In this document: positions 1 through 13,052 of the stretch, piece after piece | Numbering within the stretch: position 1 is the first letter of the stretch | How the letters are laid out: the number at the start of each line of letters is the position of its first letter | Origin: Podarcis melisellensis | Lineage: Eukaryota | Reading direction: 5' to 3' (one strand) | Assembly (NCBI GenBank): GCA_964234715.1 | Contig: OZ174280.1 | Length of the DNA: 64,000 nt | Notes under the pieces: generated by a model | The model's database searches: none | What the model saw: only the letters and a program-made list of their open reading frames with translations | What the model was told of the DNA's origin: nothing | Position numbers and translations under genes: made by a program

Positions 1-1072
1 AGCAAAGTTCAGCTCACAGATCATTCCTTTCACATATGCAAATGCTAGGTGCAGGTCATGATAGTGATGCTGAAATACAATATCAGATTGAATTTTGAGA
101 GCTCTAACTTAAGGAGTTACTTCAGAGATGCCCTATCCAATTTTCCAATTTGAATTATATTGTCAAATATGTCTGGGTCTTCCTAAAAAAGAAAAGAAAA
201 GAAAAGCTTAACAACTTTTTGATGGGCGGGTGGGAGTTTAACCAGAGGGCAACATAGGTTATCTTTGCTTTTGTGGATTTTTAATGCAGCCACAGAACCT
301 CCAAAGGTGTTGAAGAACATAAGTGTCCACACAATTGCATCCCTAGATATTTGCATGTGTTGTATAAGTGACTCACACAGCTGCACGGGACTCCTCTAGT
401 GCAGCAGCTCTCCAAATAGAGATGCAGCCGAAACACAAATCAAATACAGTTCAGGCACTGTAGAACTGTACAGTTCAGGTCAGTGGAAAGCTACAAAATC
501 TCCATTTACTGTTTCTAAGAGCCAGCATATTGCAGCATGTCGTTAACTTCAGATTAGCAGTCCCTTGAAATGTACACCATTTATTACCAATTGCAATAAA
601 TAAAACTGAAAATGTAAGTGCTCTGAAAACAGATTGAAAGATTCAAGAAGATTGAAAGGGGGAAATATAGCTTTCACAAATGCGTCCTATTACAAGAAAA
701 ATGGCTTGCCCTCAATTTAACATTGAACAATGTATAATTGCATATGTAAGGTTAATTCCAAGGCAGCAAACCAAGTCAATGGAAAGCTGAAAGCACTAAG
801 GAAAGAGAGATTAGAGACTATTTCCAATTAAATATTAAGGATAGGGAAGAATAAGCAAAACAGAAAACAAAACCCAGTTGCCTTATTCAGTAGCTCACTC
901 TCATAATTTCATGCACGTGAATGGAAAATGTATTCCCCAGTTGTATTTATTGTTTCTCAACCTAGTAGGTTTTTTAAAAGGACTAGGAAAATACTTCTCC
1001 ACTGAATAACTAGTGCCTTTTGCATGCATTGTTTGGACAGTTCTGAAACTAAATGAGCTAATGAGCTTGGAA

Positions 1073-1218
1073 GAATCATAGAATTGTAGAGTTGGAGGCG
1101 GCTACAAGGATAATCTAGTCCAACCCCCTACAATGCAGAAATCTTTCACCCAACATGGGTCTCAAACCCACATTCCTAAGATTAAGAGTCTCACGCTCTA
1201 CCAACCAAGTTATCCTAG
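1073..1218 (-). mobile_element. tRNA-Lys-derived SINE with CR1-type 3' tail
   Basis: Minus strand reads ...GGTAGAGCGTGAGACTCTTAATCTTAGG...GGGTTTGAGACCCATGTTGGGTG (decayed tRNA-Lys-CTT), then ...CCAACTCTACAATTCTATGATTC (CR1 end). Confidence 0.8.
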
Positions 1219-2183
1219 AGCCTTCGCTACGTAAGGTACATGTATAGAACTGGCAGGTAGGGCCCATGCATGAGTCAATTCACATGGCAATATGAATCAG
1301 ATATCATCTGTTAAAGAGGTACTGTTAGGAATGGTTTGGGATACATCGTTTTACCCATTCCTGTCATAGCATTCTGATGGCATGGCTCAGGTGGAAAGCG
1401 CAACACGCTGTTGTAAAATATGTACACCAGCTGCCACTGAAGTCATCGCACTGAATTAAGTATACAGGTTCTACAAAGATACGGATGAAAACTGAAAGAC
1501 ATCCATCAGTTTCTCCTTCTTCACCAGATTTTATGTTTGGATGGATATGTGTGAAGTGGGCTGGAGCATGTGCATCAGATATTACTTTAGCTGACAAGAA
1601 CAAGCATTCCACCGAAGCCTTGGATGGACTCAGAGCTGCTAAACCACTAGGTGTTTGGTTACCCAGGAATTTAGTACTTTGACACTGGTGGCTAAGAATT
1701 TGAAGTATTTGTCAAACCCTGTTTGAAGTGAGAGTATGTGTGCGCATGTGTGTTGTATCTGGATTTTTTCTTTTTCTTTTGTTAACTACAGCTCTGAAGA
1801 AACTCTGCAAACCCAGAAGCCTGGAAGTGATTTCTTTTGTGTGTGTGAACTGCCTTTTGTATTTCAGCTGCTGGAATTAAACCTAAGTGGCAGCTAATAA
1901 CATCATAAGAAAATAATATGATTGTTGATCGTTCCTTCTAGAGACTTATAAATTGGGTGAAAGGATGTGGAGGAGGAGAAATAACAGAGGCACAAAGTGT
2001 TGTGCTTGCCAAATATAAATACATTATTCTTGCTGCATATCATGCTAGGCCCTATTATTAATAGAAGGAAAAAATAACATTTATAATAACTTCTGTAATG
2101 AAGGGCTTCATGGGCCTCCATACATTAGTAATCGTTTGCCTTTTGCTGGGAACTCTAATGCTTATCACTGATGTAGTGCTTTG

Positions 2184-2274
2184 ACTACACAATCCTATGT
2201 GTGCCTACTCAAAAGTAAGCTCTGTTGAGTTCAGTGGAGCTTTCTCTCAGGTAGTATGTATAAGATTACAGCCT
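2184..2274. repeat. ~90-bp palindromic MITE-like repeat (related decayed copies near 32360-32447, 43870-43950, 46020-46120, 50570-50652, 50812-50900)
   Basis: CAATCCTATG...AGTAAG...GAGTTCAGTGGAGCTT...TAAGATTACAGCC imperfect hairpin recurring in the window. Confidence 0.6.
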
Positions 2275-2776
2275 AAACTCACAATCGTATGAATTCTCAC
2301 AACATCCCTGTGAATGAAGCAAGATGTTGGGTTTAGACCGAAGGTTGTTAAATTCAGATCAAAATATTTAGTTGTTGTTGAGACAAATAAGCTAAAATAA
2401 TGTAAGGCACCCTTACATGCTGTATTCTAGATACAGAAATAATAATTAAAAGAGGGCTGTGACATCCTTGAGTCTGCTTTATTTCTTTATTATAAGTATT
2501 TTTCTACCACCTCAGGGCAGTTTACAAAGGAATAACGCAATAAAAATGTAAATAGATTTTTAAAAACCATGCACAAAATTATAAAAGATTCATAAAACAG
2601 AATGATTATAATTGCATCTAAAAATAAATATAATAGGACTGAGACTCTTGTAGGTAAGAGCAAGGCTGGTGTCAAGACCAATATGCAGCATTTCAAAATG
2701 TGAGTCTGCCTAGTCTTACTGTTTAAACAAAGATATATCATTGACATCATGTCTGCACTTCAGCACTCTATTGGCT

Positions 2777-3750
2777 GAATTGTAGAGTTGGAAGGGAACC
2801 CAAGGGTCATCTAGTTTGACCCCAGCAATTCAGGAATCTCAACTAAAGCATCCATGACAGATGGCCATCCAACCTCTGCTTTAAAACTTCCAATGAAGGA
2901 GAGTCCACCACCTCCCGAGGAAGTCTGTTCACTGTCGAACAGCTCTCATTGTCAGAAAGTTCTTTCTGATGTTTAGTCAGAATCACTTTCTTGTAACTTT
3001 AAGCTATTGGTTCAGGTCATACCCTCCTGAGGGGGAGAAAACAAGGTTGCTCCGTCTTCCATTTGATAGCCCTTTAGATATTTAAAGATGACTATCATAG
3101 CTCCACTCAGTTTCCTCTTTACCAGGCTACACATGCCCAACTCCCTCAGCTGTTCCTCATAAGCATGGGTAAGCAAACTAAAGCCCAACTGCCTTCTAAA
3201 TCCAGCCCGCGGACGGTCCGGGAATCGGCATGCTTTTACATTAGAATGTGTCCTTTTATTTAAAATGCATCTCTGGGCTATTTGTGGGGCCTGCCTGGTG
3301 TTTTTACATGAGTAGAATGTGTCCTTTTATTTAAAATGCATCTCTGAGTTATTTGTGGGGCATAGGAATTCGTTCATTCTTTTTTTTCAAAATATAGTTC
3401 AGCCCCCTACAATGACTGAGGGACAGTGGACCAGCACCCTGCTGATAAAGTTTGCTGACCACTGATAAGCCTTGGTTTCCAAACCATCTTGGTTGCCCTC
3501 CCCTACACACATTCCAGCTTGTCAATATCCATCTTAAATTGTGGTGCCCCAAACTGGACACACCACTCCAGGTGGGGTCTGACCAAGGCAGGATAGAGTG
3601 ATACTATTACTTCCTTTGATCTGGAGACCATACTTCTATTGATGCAACCTAGAGCATTAGCTTTTTTTGCTGCTTGATCACACTGTTGAGTCATATTAAG
3701 CTTGTGGTCTACTAAGACCCCCTAGATCCTTTTCACATGTGCTGGCAAGC
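2777..3750 (-). mobile_element. CR1 LINE 3' fragment interrupted by a MITE
   Basis: CR1 3' terminus at the left end; minus ORF 3503-3694 gives [19 protein letters not shown]...[16 protein letters not shown], typical of the CR1 ORF2 C-terminus. Confidence 0.9.
3164..3464. mobile_element. hAT-type MITE nested in CR1
   Basis: TIR-like ends CATGGGTAAGCAAACT / AGTTTGCTGACCACTG; partial TSD (ATAAG); same family as 27644-27968. Confidence 0.8.
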
Positions 3751-4531
3751 CCGGTTGAGCACCTTCAAAATGAACAGCTTTTTAATGATTTAACACCAGC
3801 AGTGGGATGATTTGAAAGGGTATAGGCCCATCCAAACTCATATAAGACAGGCACAAGTCAAGAGAGCATTCCCAGTTTGAATAGCTTACCATTTAAATTC
3901 CCACAACTGTTCCACACTAGGAGGCTGTTAATACAAATCTCAGAGATGTAAAGGTCTGTTAATGAAGATAAGTTAAAAACTGTATGACTCTCAGATTTAT
4001 AGGGAGGGTAAAATTAAATGCTACCACTAAAACCTGCTATAACAAAATCTCGTTAGTGTTAATGTTCATTTATGGTTTGACTTCCCCAAATTTAATTCAC
4101 CCCTCCTTTTTGGTGCATTTGTGGGACTGACAATTTAAGATCTTGAAAGATGGTTTTATGACTTGTTCTGCTGTAAATCAAACTTTTAAAGTTCATAAAA
4201 ATGGTTAAAATAAAAAATGGTTTAATATGAATGTTTTATGGTCCATAACATTATTATAGCTGTTTTATTCCCAGTGCGTTATTGCTTTAATTAGGTTGCT
4301 ACAATTCTTGGGAATCTCAATTTTTATTGGAGTAAATGTAATCCTAAATCAAATGACCAAGAATGCCCTCAATATGTTTCCCCAGCTCCATTCTCAGTCA
4401 TTTTCTTCAGGGATAGAACAAACCAACAAGGGAAATATCTCCTTTGTTTTCTCATTGGTCCTCTGGCACCATGTGCCGTTCCTTATGTTTCTGCCAAACT
4501 TTCAGTGTTCTTAGCTAGTTGGACTCTGTGA

Positions 4532-4714
<183 letters not shown>

Positions 4715-5444
4715 TAAACTTTTCTTGAATTTCCAGATTAGTGGTCTAATCAGCTAATTGTGCCAGCAAGCTTATTAGAGTTCTTACCCCTGGCTCTGAG
4801 GCATGGGACATGCTATCTTTTTATTTTTTGTACACCAAAAAATCACTGGGCAATCACTGGGCGCAGTCCAAAGCTGTACAGTAGCTTTGATGCACACATA
4901 GATCACATCACATACCAGGACTGCCCCTTTCTGTCTTTGAGGGCTTGTCCACACCTTTGTTTGCCTTGCCACTGTCTCCCAGGAAAACCAGAGTTTACTG
5001 CTGAATCAGACCAAATGTCAATCGGATTTTCTATGGATTGCTGTTTGTTCTGATTCAGCTGTAAATAGCGTGTTTTGCAGGGGAAAGCTGCAGAGCAAAT
5101 GCAAAACTGCTGGGACCTGTGCTTTCTAGGCACGGGACAATGGAAGTGTGGGAGAGCCCTGAGTTATGAGTTGCTGTGCCTATGAAATGGGACTATCTGT
5201 GTGTATACCAGAACTAGAAGCATTCTCTTAAAGCAGTTACTCCTACAGAGCTGCTGTTTCTTCAATTCTCTATTTGAAGTTTGTTGGAATGGGTGCTAAT
5301 TTCAAATATCCAGGGTTCTCAGATGTCCCCACTGAAATTATCACAAAATTAACCAATTTGGTAAGAAATTAGGCCGGCCGGCAAAGGACCTATTCAGATG
5401 TTATCCTTTTGATGTGTGCATCAAAACTTGTGCAATTCAGCATT

Positions 5445-5557
5445 CCCGACCCTGCTGTCCTCTGGATGTTCTGAGCATCAACCCTGGCCATTTGCCATGG
5501 CCATGGGTTGGGCTGCTGGGAGATGTGGTCAAAAACATCTAGAGGGCACCAGGGTGG
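5445..5557. mobile_element. Decayed hAT-Charlie-like MITE
   Basis: CCTCTGGATGTT...AACATCTAGAGGG inverted arms; same family as the copies at 28068 and 52217. Confidence 0.55.
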
Positions 5558-6373
5558 TACTGTACACCTAAAATGTAATTTGTGACTAGACCGTGGCTGT
5601 TTGGAAAATGGCTGTGTCTATTATTCTCACGTTTTGGTTTGGGGAAGAAATCAGTGGGTAATTTTGACTCAGCCCTAAAGTGGAAACTTGTGTATCCTCA
5701 AAGAGCCGTATTGATTATAGTTTGCTCTCAAGTGTGCACTTAGTCATTAATCAAGATATGCTGCTGTTTTGTTTGCAAGATACCAAAGAACTACATATTG
5801 CAGTAAAATGAGCTGCATGCCTGTCCATTTTTAGAAAAGTTGAATAAATTATAATTGGTTATTGGTTATCTTTTTCTTGCAAGATAATTAATTGTAATTT
5901 GGGCTGTATTATATTGCTTTGTTATTTGCTATCATTTATTCTCCTAATTTCCTTATGGCAATTATAAAAGGAATGTTGGGAGGTGATCAAGTCCTGATTG
6001 TGGAGGGCACAACTGTTTTATCAAAGAATGTAACTGGGATTGAAATTAAATAACAAATTTGAGAATTTGGACATATTTATTTTTGCCATCTGTTTCTGGC
6101 AAAAGTTTGTGTTGAATGAAATAATTGCTGTACATTTTTTCTGTAACAAAAATGTTGAGATGTTTTGCTGAAGTTACAAGTGAAATGGATTTTCAGCTCT
6201 TTCATTCTGCTGGCTAGTTTGTGAGGAAAAGGTCTAAGTACCACCGATCTCTATTCATAAACATTTCAAAATATTTATTTCAAAACACCAAATCAAAACT
6301 ATGAAGGGAATACTTTGTAGAGACAGCACCATTACAACTATCTGCAACAACTTATCTCTGCTTGCAATTAACT

Positions 6374-6541
6374 GGGTTTGCATCCACACTATACCTGTAA
6401 GGCACATTCTTTCCCTCAAAGAATTCTGGGCCCTGTAGTTTACCCTCCACAGAGTTACAATTCCTAGCAACCCTTAACAGTGCCCAGAGTTCTTTGAGGG
6501 GGGAATGCTTTGAATATGCTTTAAAGTTATGGTGTGTAAAG
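6374..6541. mobile_element. Palindromic MITE
   Basis: Inverted arms CCCTCAAAGAATTCTGGG (6413-6430) / CCCAGAGTTCTTTGAGGG (6483-6500), 17/18 complementary. Confidence 0.6.
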
Positions 6542-6911
6542 GTAAAAGGTAGATAAAGGACCCCTGGATGGTTAAGTCCAGTCAAAGGCAACTATGGGGT
6601 TGCAGCGCTCATCTCGCTTTCAGGCCGAGGGAGCCGGCATTTGTCCACAGACAGCTTTCTGGGTCATGTGGCCAGCATGACTAAATCGCTTCTGGCGCAA
6701 CGGAACACTGTGATGGAAACCAGAGCGCACGGAAATGCCGTTTACCTTCCTGCCACAGCGGTACCTATTTATCTACTTGCACTGGCGTGCTTTCAAACTG
6801 CTAGGTTGGCAGGAGCTGGGACAGAGCAACAGGAGCTCACTCGGTTGTGGAGATTCGAACCGCCGACCTTCCAATCGGCAATCCCAAGAGGCTCAGTGGT
6901 TTAGACCACAG
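6538..6911 (-). mobile_element. Sauria-type SINE, near full length
   Basis: ACCTTT-type tail (AAAGGTAAAAGGT on +), B-box GGTTCGAATC on minus, characteristic body; homologous to 45515-45825. Confidence 0.88.
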
Positions 6912-7860
6912 TATAAAGCCCTTTTGAGAGTTCTTCTGGGCAAGGACCCCTGATTTGGAGGATAGAACTCAAGCTGTATTCAAGCAATATCAATATTGAA
7001 CTATTCAGAGTCAGAAGTTGCCATTAGAGCATTTGCACACTAAGTCTCCACAGTTGTTGCTAATATTGATATTGATATCTCTGATTGCGCAGATGGCATG
7101 CAAATGAAGCCCTATTTACTCTCTCTGCATTTGCATTATGTATTGGTGCAAAGCTAGATCTAAAAATAGAATGATTCAGTGCTCTCACCCCTTAATTACA
7201 TCCACAGGAATATTCATATTTATCTTAGCATTAATCAAGAGTGAAGCTTCAGAAAATTTTGTAATGATTCACTCACTCGCCTCCTAATTTATGGGGGTCC
7301 CTTTAATCCTACTGTCACCCAGAAGGGAAGAACAGCAAATTAAGAAACTAGCCTGAGCTGGTCATAGCAAAACAAGGATTTGCTTAAAAACAAGGCATAA
7401 GAAATATCAAACAGACGGACAGTGGCTAGTCTAGCTTTCATCTACTGCCAAAACAAAACAAAACCCTGTTCCAATCCCCTGGTGAATAATAGTAGACTCC
7501 TCACATGGCATGGGCAGATACTGCACAATTTGTCATCTTACATTAAGCTGCTACTGTATGTAGTAGCTATAGTAGCCAAGATTACTTAGGTTTAGAAGGT
7601 TTTGTTTTCAATTCTAACTGGATGGTGACTGTGTTTCACCTAATCAGTTCTTTTATCCAAGGTTGTGTGGTTGCACATAATGGTGCCCATATCCATCATA
7701 AAGTACAAAAAATATCTGGCGTATTTTGCAATAGAATGGCAGACTGTTTGTGAAAGACTGTGGTTTGATAGTGTGTTCACATTTTCACTGCTCCTTAAAT
7801 AAGCCACTAAACTTGCCTTCACTGTTAGAAAATTGTGGACGAAGTAAGACAGAGATATAA

Positions 7861-8163
<303 letters not shown>

Positions 8164-9006
8164 TAACCAGTAATGCTAACAAAGAAACATCAAAATCTGT
8201 TTGGGAAGCAGCATATTAACTGGCCACCTGTAGAGCTTTGTGAAAATGAGACCATTGTTCTCATTATGCCTTTGGGTTGCTGATGAACAGGTGAAAAAGC
8301 AACCCTCTTGCACCTTAAAGCTTCTTGCACCTTAAATGTCACCCCAGGGACCCATATTTTATTAATACTTGACTGGCTGGTCCAGCACCAGAGCTTTGAT
8401 CCTCTATCTCTTTTTCATCAGTGCATGAAGCAATGGTAAGACACAAGTGAGTTAATATTATTATTCTTCTGGGGCAGTCGCACGTGATCTCACTTCCAAT
8501 ACTTTTTGCAAAAGTTTTGGAATGATCACACTGCTTCATTTCCAATCAGTGTCTATCCTGTAACTTCATGCTGAAAACCTGTAACTTTTTATATTGCATA
8601 TATTCTGGTATGCTTTTATCCTGCTTTTGTTGCAGACAGCAATGGGGAAGCACCTAAAATGCCAAACCACATATATTGCACTATTATTGTATCAATAACA
8701 TGCTGTAGAATACACCTGCAATTAAACACCAGTTTGGATAATATATATAAAATTTTGTGCTTTCTTTTAATGTTTTTATTTGCCGCATTCTGGGATTGTT
8801 TGTGACAATGAAGACTGAGTGGCACATATATTTAAAATAACTATCAGTTAATAATAACCGGGGCAGCTTTACAGTCTGTAAATGAGTCTGTGAAGTTACT
8901 GAGGCTGGTTCAGCTCAGCCCTGCCTATCCTAATACTGTCCTGCAACTGCCTCTGCTGATGATTTGTGGCCAAATACCCTCACACTCTCGTCTCTGCTCC
9001 CATCAG

Positions 9007-9176
9007 GGTACGCTGCAAAAGTTTGTGGATGACTTGTTCGAGACCTTGTTCAGCACTGTGCACCGAGGCAGCGCTCTCCCACTGGCCATCAAATATATGT
9101 TTGATTTCTTGGACGAGCAAGCGGATAAGCACGGCATCCACGACACTGACGTGAGGCACACATGGAAAAGCAACTG
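9007..9176 (+). CDS. PLXNA2: Plexin-A2 coding exon (C-terminal GAP segment)
   Basis: CAG/GTGAG; 170 nt, [56 protein letters not shown]+TG. Confidence 0.97.
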
Positions 9177-9835
9177 GTGAGAGGGGTCAAAGTTTATGAG
9201 TGTGGACAAAAATTGCTGAGATACGGGAATGTGTAAGCCCTTGTGGTCAGAGCAGGGTTTGTCTCATTCAGTTGGAGCCTATTACAGAACTCTCTAGATC
9301 ATGTCCAGCTTGCTTTCTGAAGGCAAACACAGTTTCGGATTCTCCATATTGCTCTAAAAGCAGACGGAGCCATTTTTTTACTTGTGAACTAGCATGTTTT
9401 GTTGCATTTCGTGGGGCCTTAGGCATACATTTTTCACAAGGAGAAATCCTTCTGCCAGCAGATCTATTTAGTTGGATACCGACCATTGATTTGAGATGCC
9501 TGAAACACCCATGTAGGTTTAACAGTGTAGCTCTGCTCCTGACTCAGCCATTTCATGCTGCTTTGCTACCCTCCCTCAGACCTATCTATTCATTCCATTC
9601 AATCCATCATGCATATGTGTAAGCTCAGTCCTGATTTGAGTCACCGATGCTCTAGCCCAGCCATTTGAGTTCCAATGACCCAACAAAAGCTATGCCCGCA
9701 CAGCCCCACGGTGCCTTGCAGAAGCTTACATGGTGCCGCAGAAGAAGTCTATATAGCAGAGTCTTCCACAAAGCAGTCCCCTTCCTCCTTAATTTAAAAT
9801 CATAATCTCTTACTTTTTAAAATGGGAAACATCAG

Positions 9836-9940
9836 TAGGGCTGCCATACGTCTGGGTTTTCCTGGACACGTCCAGGAATTCGGCTGGAAAATGGCGTCCA
9901 GGCAGATTTTCAGCAAACCGGAAACCCAGATATATGGCAA
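9836..9940. mobile_element. hAT Blackjack-like MITE
   Basis: TAGGGCTGCCATACGTCTGGGTTT ... AAACCCAGATATATGGCAA inverted ends. Confidence 0.65.
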
Positions 9941-11502
9941 GATGGGATAATTTTTAAAAAATATATATATAATCCTTTAATCCAGGTGTGAAGCAGGGCC
10001 AGTGAGGGGTGTGGTCTGGGGACAGTTCTGAGGACCAGATAGAAAGGCCCAGAGACCCCAGGCCTGAGGTCTGCCCCCTCCCCCACTCTAGGAGAAGCAG
10101 GTAATATATGTGAGCAAGAGGAGTGTAGCTGTGCTTCTTGAAAGGAATGAGAAGGGGGGAAAGGAAAGGGAAAGGACTTTGTATCACAGGAAATAGCCAC
10201 CAGGGAAGCTGCAAACCACCTCTGGTATGAGTTGGAGACAATAAAAAGATAAAACCAAGGCAGAATATGCTCTCCTTGATATAGCTGGGCATTTCTGGGC
10301 AAACCTGAACTGTATTGAATTGCCTTGTTCAAATTCATAGAGCAGTAGAGCACGGGCAGCCAAGGGAAGGCAAATTCAGAGACTCAGATTAAAGTCTGTT
10401 CATTGTCTAAAAGCCTTTCAAGCTTGAAACAAACAAAAGAAATAGTTCTCCTGAAAATTCTTATTTGGTTACTCCTGAAAAAGAACGTGGATTTCATTGT
10501 TCTCAGATCCATTTCTAACTAGGTACTTATTCTTACTGGAAGTATTTAAGTAGAGTTGCTGATTCTTTTCCTGTTCAGCTCTTTTTTTCTAATATTTTAT
10601 GCAGCTTTATAGTTGTAGCACCATCTGCTTCCCTCGGACAACAATACAAATTACGTCCTTGGTGTCTTGTGCAGAATTTACTGTGTTTAAAACTATTTCT
10701 CTAGCACAGAATGATCAGATTTGCTTAAAGAGCAGTCACATAAAAACCTGCCAACCTCCCTATCAGATCAGCACCAAAGCTACCAAAAAGAAATACAATT
10801 TCAATTTGTGGTCTGCTGGCCTGTCAATACTCACATAGCCACAACCCATATTCTGGTTGATGGCCACACTGGCAGAAACCTAAGCTGATAGTAGCCTAGT
10901 TCATCTGAAGCTGTAGTGACCATTTGCTCAACAACCAATATGGAGAAGTAGCTGAATCAGGAATGATTTTCAATGTTTGAAGTAATGAAAATAGACTTCT
11001 GAGGCTTTCAGGACTAAAGGTACAATAAAGGACACACTTATTTCTACTCCATCCAGCAGAGGGCCCTGCTTCACCAGATTCACTATTTTGTTCTTGACAA
11101 TGATAAAACCCTAACACTTCAAAGAAAGCACAAGATTTGTATTAGGAAAGTGTGGAATAATTTGACCTCAACGTCGCTCAGTATATAGCCATTTATTTTC
11201 AGGACAGAGGCTTGGGATTGATTCCTACCTGTCTCTCTTTAATTATTCCAGCCTTATTAATTATTCCATTACTTGATAGTGTTATCACATCTAGAGCTGA
11301 TTGAGTGATGCTCTCTCAGTCAGCAGAGCCAGAAACACAATCCATGTTTGCTGAATTTGCAGAGAGGCGCCTAAAAGGCAAAGGCAGCATTCTCCACTTT
11401 ATCACTGAGAAGAGGTGACAGGTTTTGGAAAAGGCTGGACAGGAGCTGAGGAGGGGAAGCCAACATAAAGTCACCCTAAAAGTGCAGTTGTAGCTAAGAC
11501 CA

Positions 11503-11703
11503 GGGAAGGAACGGAGCTCAGTGGAAGAGCATCTGCTTTGCATGCAGGAGGTCTCAGGTTCAATCTCCAGGTAGGGTTAGGGGAGATCTGTATCTGAGAT
11601 CGCAGAGAGCCACTGCCAGTCAGTGTAGAGTAGACTATAGACAGAACTCAACTATATGGACCAAGGGTCTGAATCCATATAAGGCAGCTTCTTACGTTCC
11701 TAA
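11503..11703 (+). mobile_element. tRNA-derived SINE with L2-type tail (Squam3-like)
   Basis: AGCTCAGTGGAAGAGCATCTGCTTTGCATGCAGGAGGTCTCAGGTTCAATC head and ATAAGGCAGCTTCTTACGTTCCTA tail. Confidence 0.75.
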
Positions 11704-12076
11704 GACTCTGCCAAATGTTCATGAATTTCATGTCTCATTTTAAACCCTTATCACACCCCTGTACTTGTGGTAGGGTGGGGCAGGCTGTAACTATTTTGTA
11801 AATAATTTTTTATTGGTTTCCATAGATGCATTGCAAACTAAACATTAGCATAACAATTACTTGGTTGCTGGGGGATCCCAAGGGGGAAGATTGTTATTAT
11901 TAACATGCATGTTTGAGAGCTTCCCCACTCTGCAGTTTGTCTGTCCAAACCCCCAAAACCTTAAAAATGAACTTTTAGGAGATGAAAGAAAAGTCTCAAA
12001 GGGGCTATTGGAAGTAGAACAAAAACAACCTGAAAGGATAGTTGTTACTTACCTTAGTTGTAACAACTACTTAGTT

Positions 12077-12252
12077 CAGTGGTTTCCAAACCCTTTTATT
12101 GCACACGAACCACTTGAAAATTGCTGAGGGTCTTGGAGGGCCACTTAATAATTTTTTCTGCCTTTTGTAGCAATTGTAATGTGCAATCGTATTTTTCCAG
12201 ACGCACTACAGATCACCTGAATGTGGTCCATGGACCAGTTAGGGAACTCCCG
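12077..12252. mobile_element. hAT MITE with 8-bp TSD
   Basis: CAGTGGTTTCCAAAC ... GTTAGGGAACTCCCG flanked by ACTTAGTT at 12069-12076 and 12253-12260. Confidence 0.8.
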
Positions 12253-12939
12253 ACTTAGTTTGAGCATCTAACAGATGTGACTGGTCAAGTACCCACTTCC
12301 CAAGTGTGTTTGATGAGTTTCACCCAAAATCTTGCTTACGAGATAGGGTGTCTGAGAGGAGGTCATGCTTCAATCAAGTACAACTGATTCAAACAGCAGT
12401 TTATTCCACACTTTCAGAACAATTGCTGCTTTTACATCTTTCTCTTGGCTTTTATTTTAGGATTAAGAATTCCCTGTGTTAGAAATTTACCATTGGAAGG
12501 AGAATAAAAGCTCATACGTATACCAAGCATGAACCCCCAGACAATGTGTGTGTTGTGTGTGTGTTCTTCAATCCCTTGTGGTTTGAAAAGCCTCTAATCA
12601 TCCTGTCTGCCAAAGCCAGATTCCCTGCTAAGGCAGTAGGGAGCTAAAAACAATTTAACAGAAGCTTTAGAGGAATGAGTTATTAGGATAAAATGTTGGA
12701 ATCTGGAATAAAATGACACATCTTAATGCTACCAAGTGGTGCTGATGAGTAGAGATTTCCACCCCCTGTGGCTGCCAGACCCCATGAGCCTTTAGTACGG
12801 AGAGATCCTCAACCGTAGCTGATCTCTGCATACAGCAGCTGGGGGGGGGATCTTGAAAGGAGAGACAGACACTCCTGTGTCCAAATTCCAACCGGCATCC
12901 AAATCTTCCCCTTTCAACTGTGATCATGCAAACACACAA

Positions 12940-13052
12940 AGCTGCCTTACACTAAGTCAGATCATTGGTCCATTTAGCTCAGCAAAAGTGTCCACTCCCT
13001 CCCTGCCATCTGAGATATTTTAACTGGAAATACCAAGGATCGAACCTAGGGA
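12940..13052 (-). mobile_element. Decayed SINE, same family as 11503-11703
   Basis: GCTGCCTTACACTAAGTCAGATCATTGGTCCATTTAGCTCAG is the reverse of the tail; GGATCGAACC is the reverse of a B-box. Confidence 0.6.

Noticed and set aside
1140-1218. tRNA-Lys gene (also the tRNA-Ala-like head near 11510)
   Set aside because: Decayed stems fused to LINE-derived tails, so these are SINE heads.
10616-10627. TAGCACCATCTG, identical to the first 12 nt of miR-29a
   Set aside because: The match stops at 12 nt and no precursor hairpin is evident.
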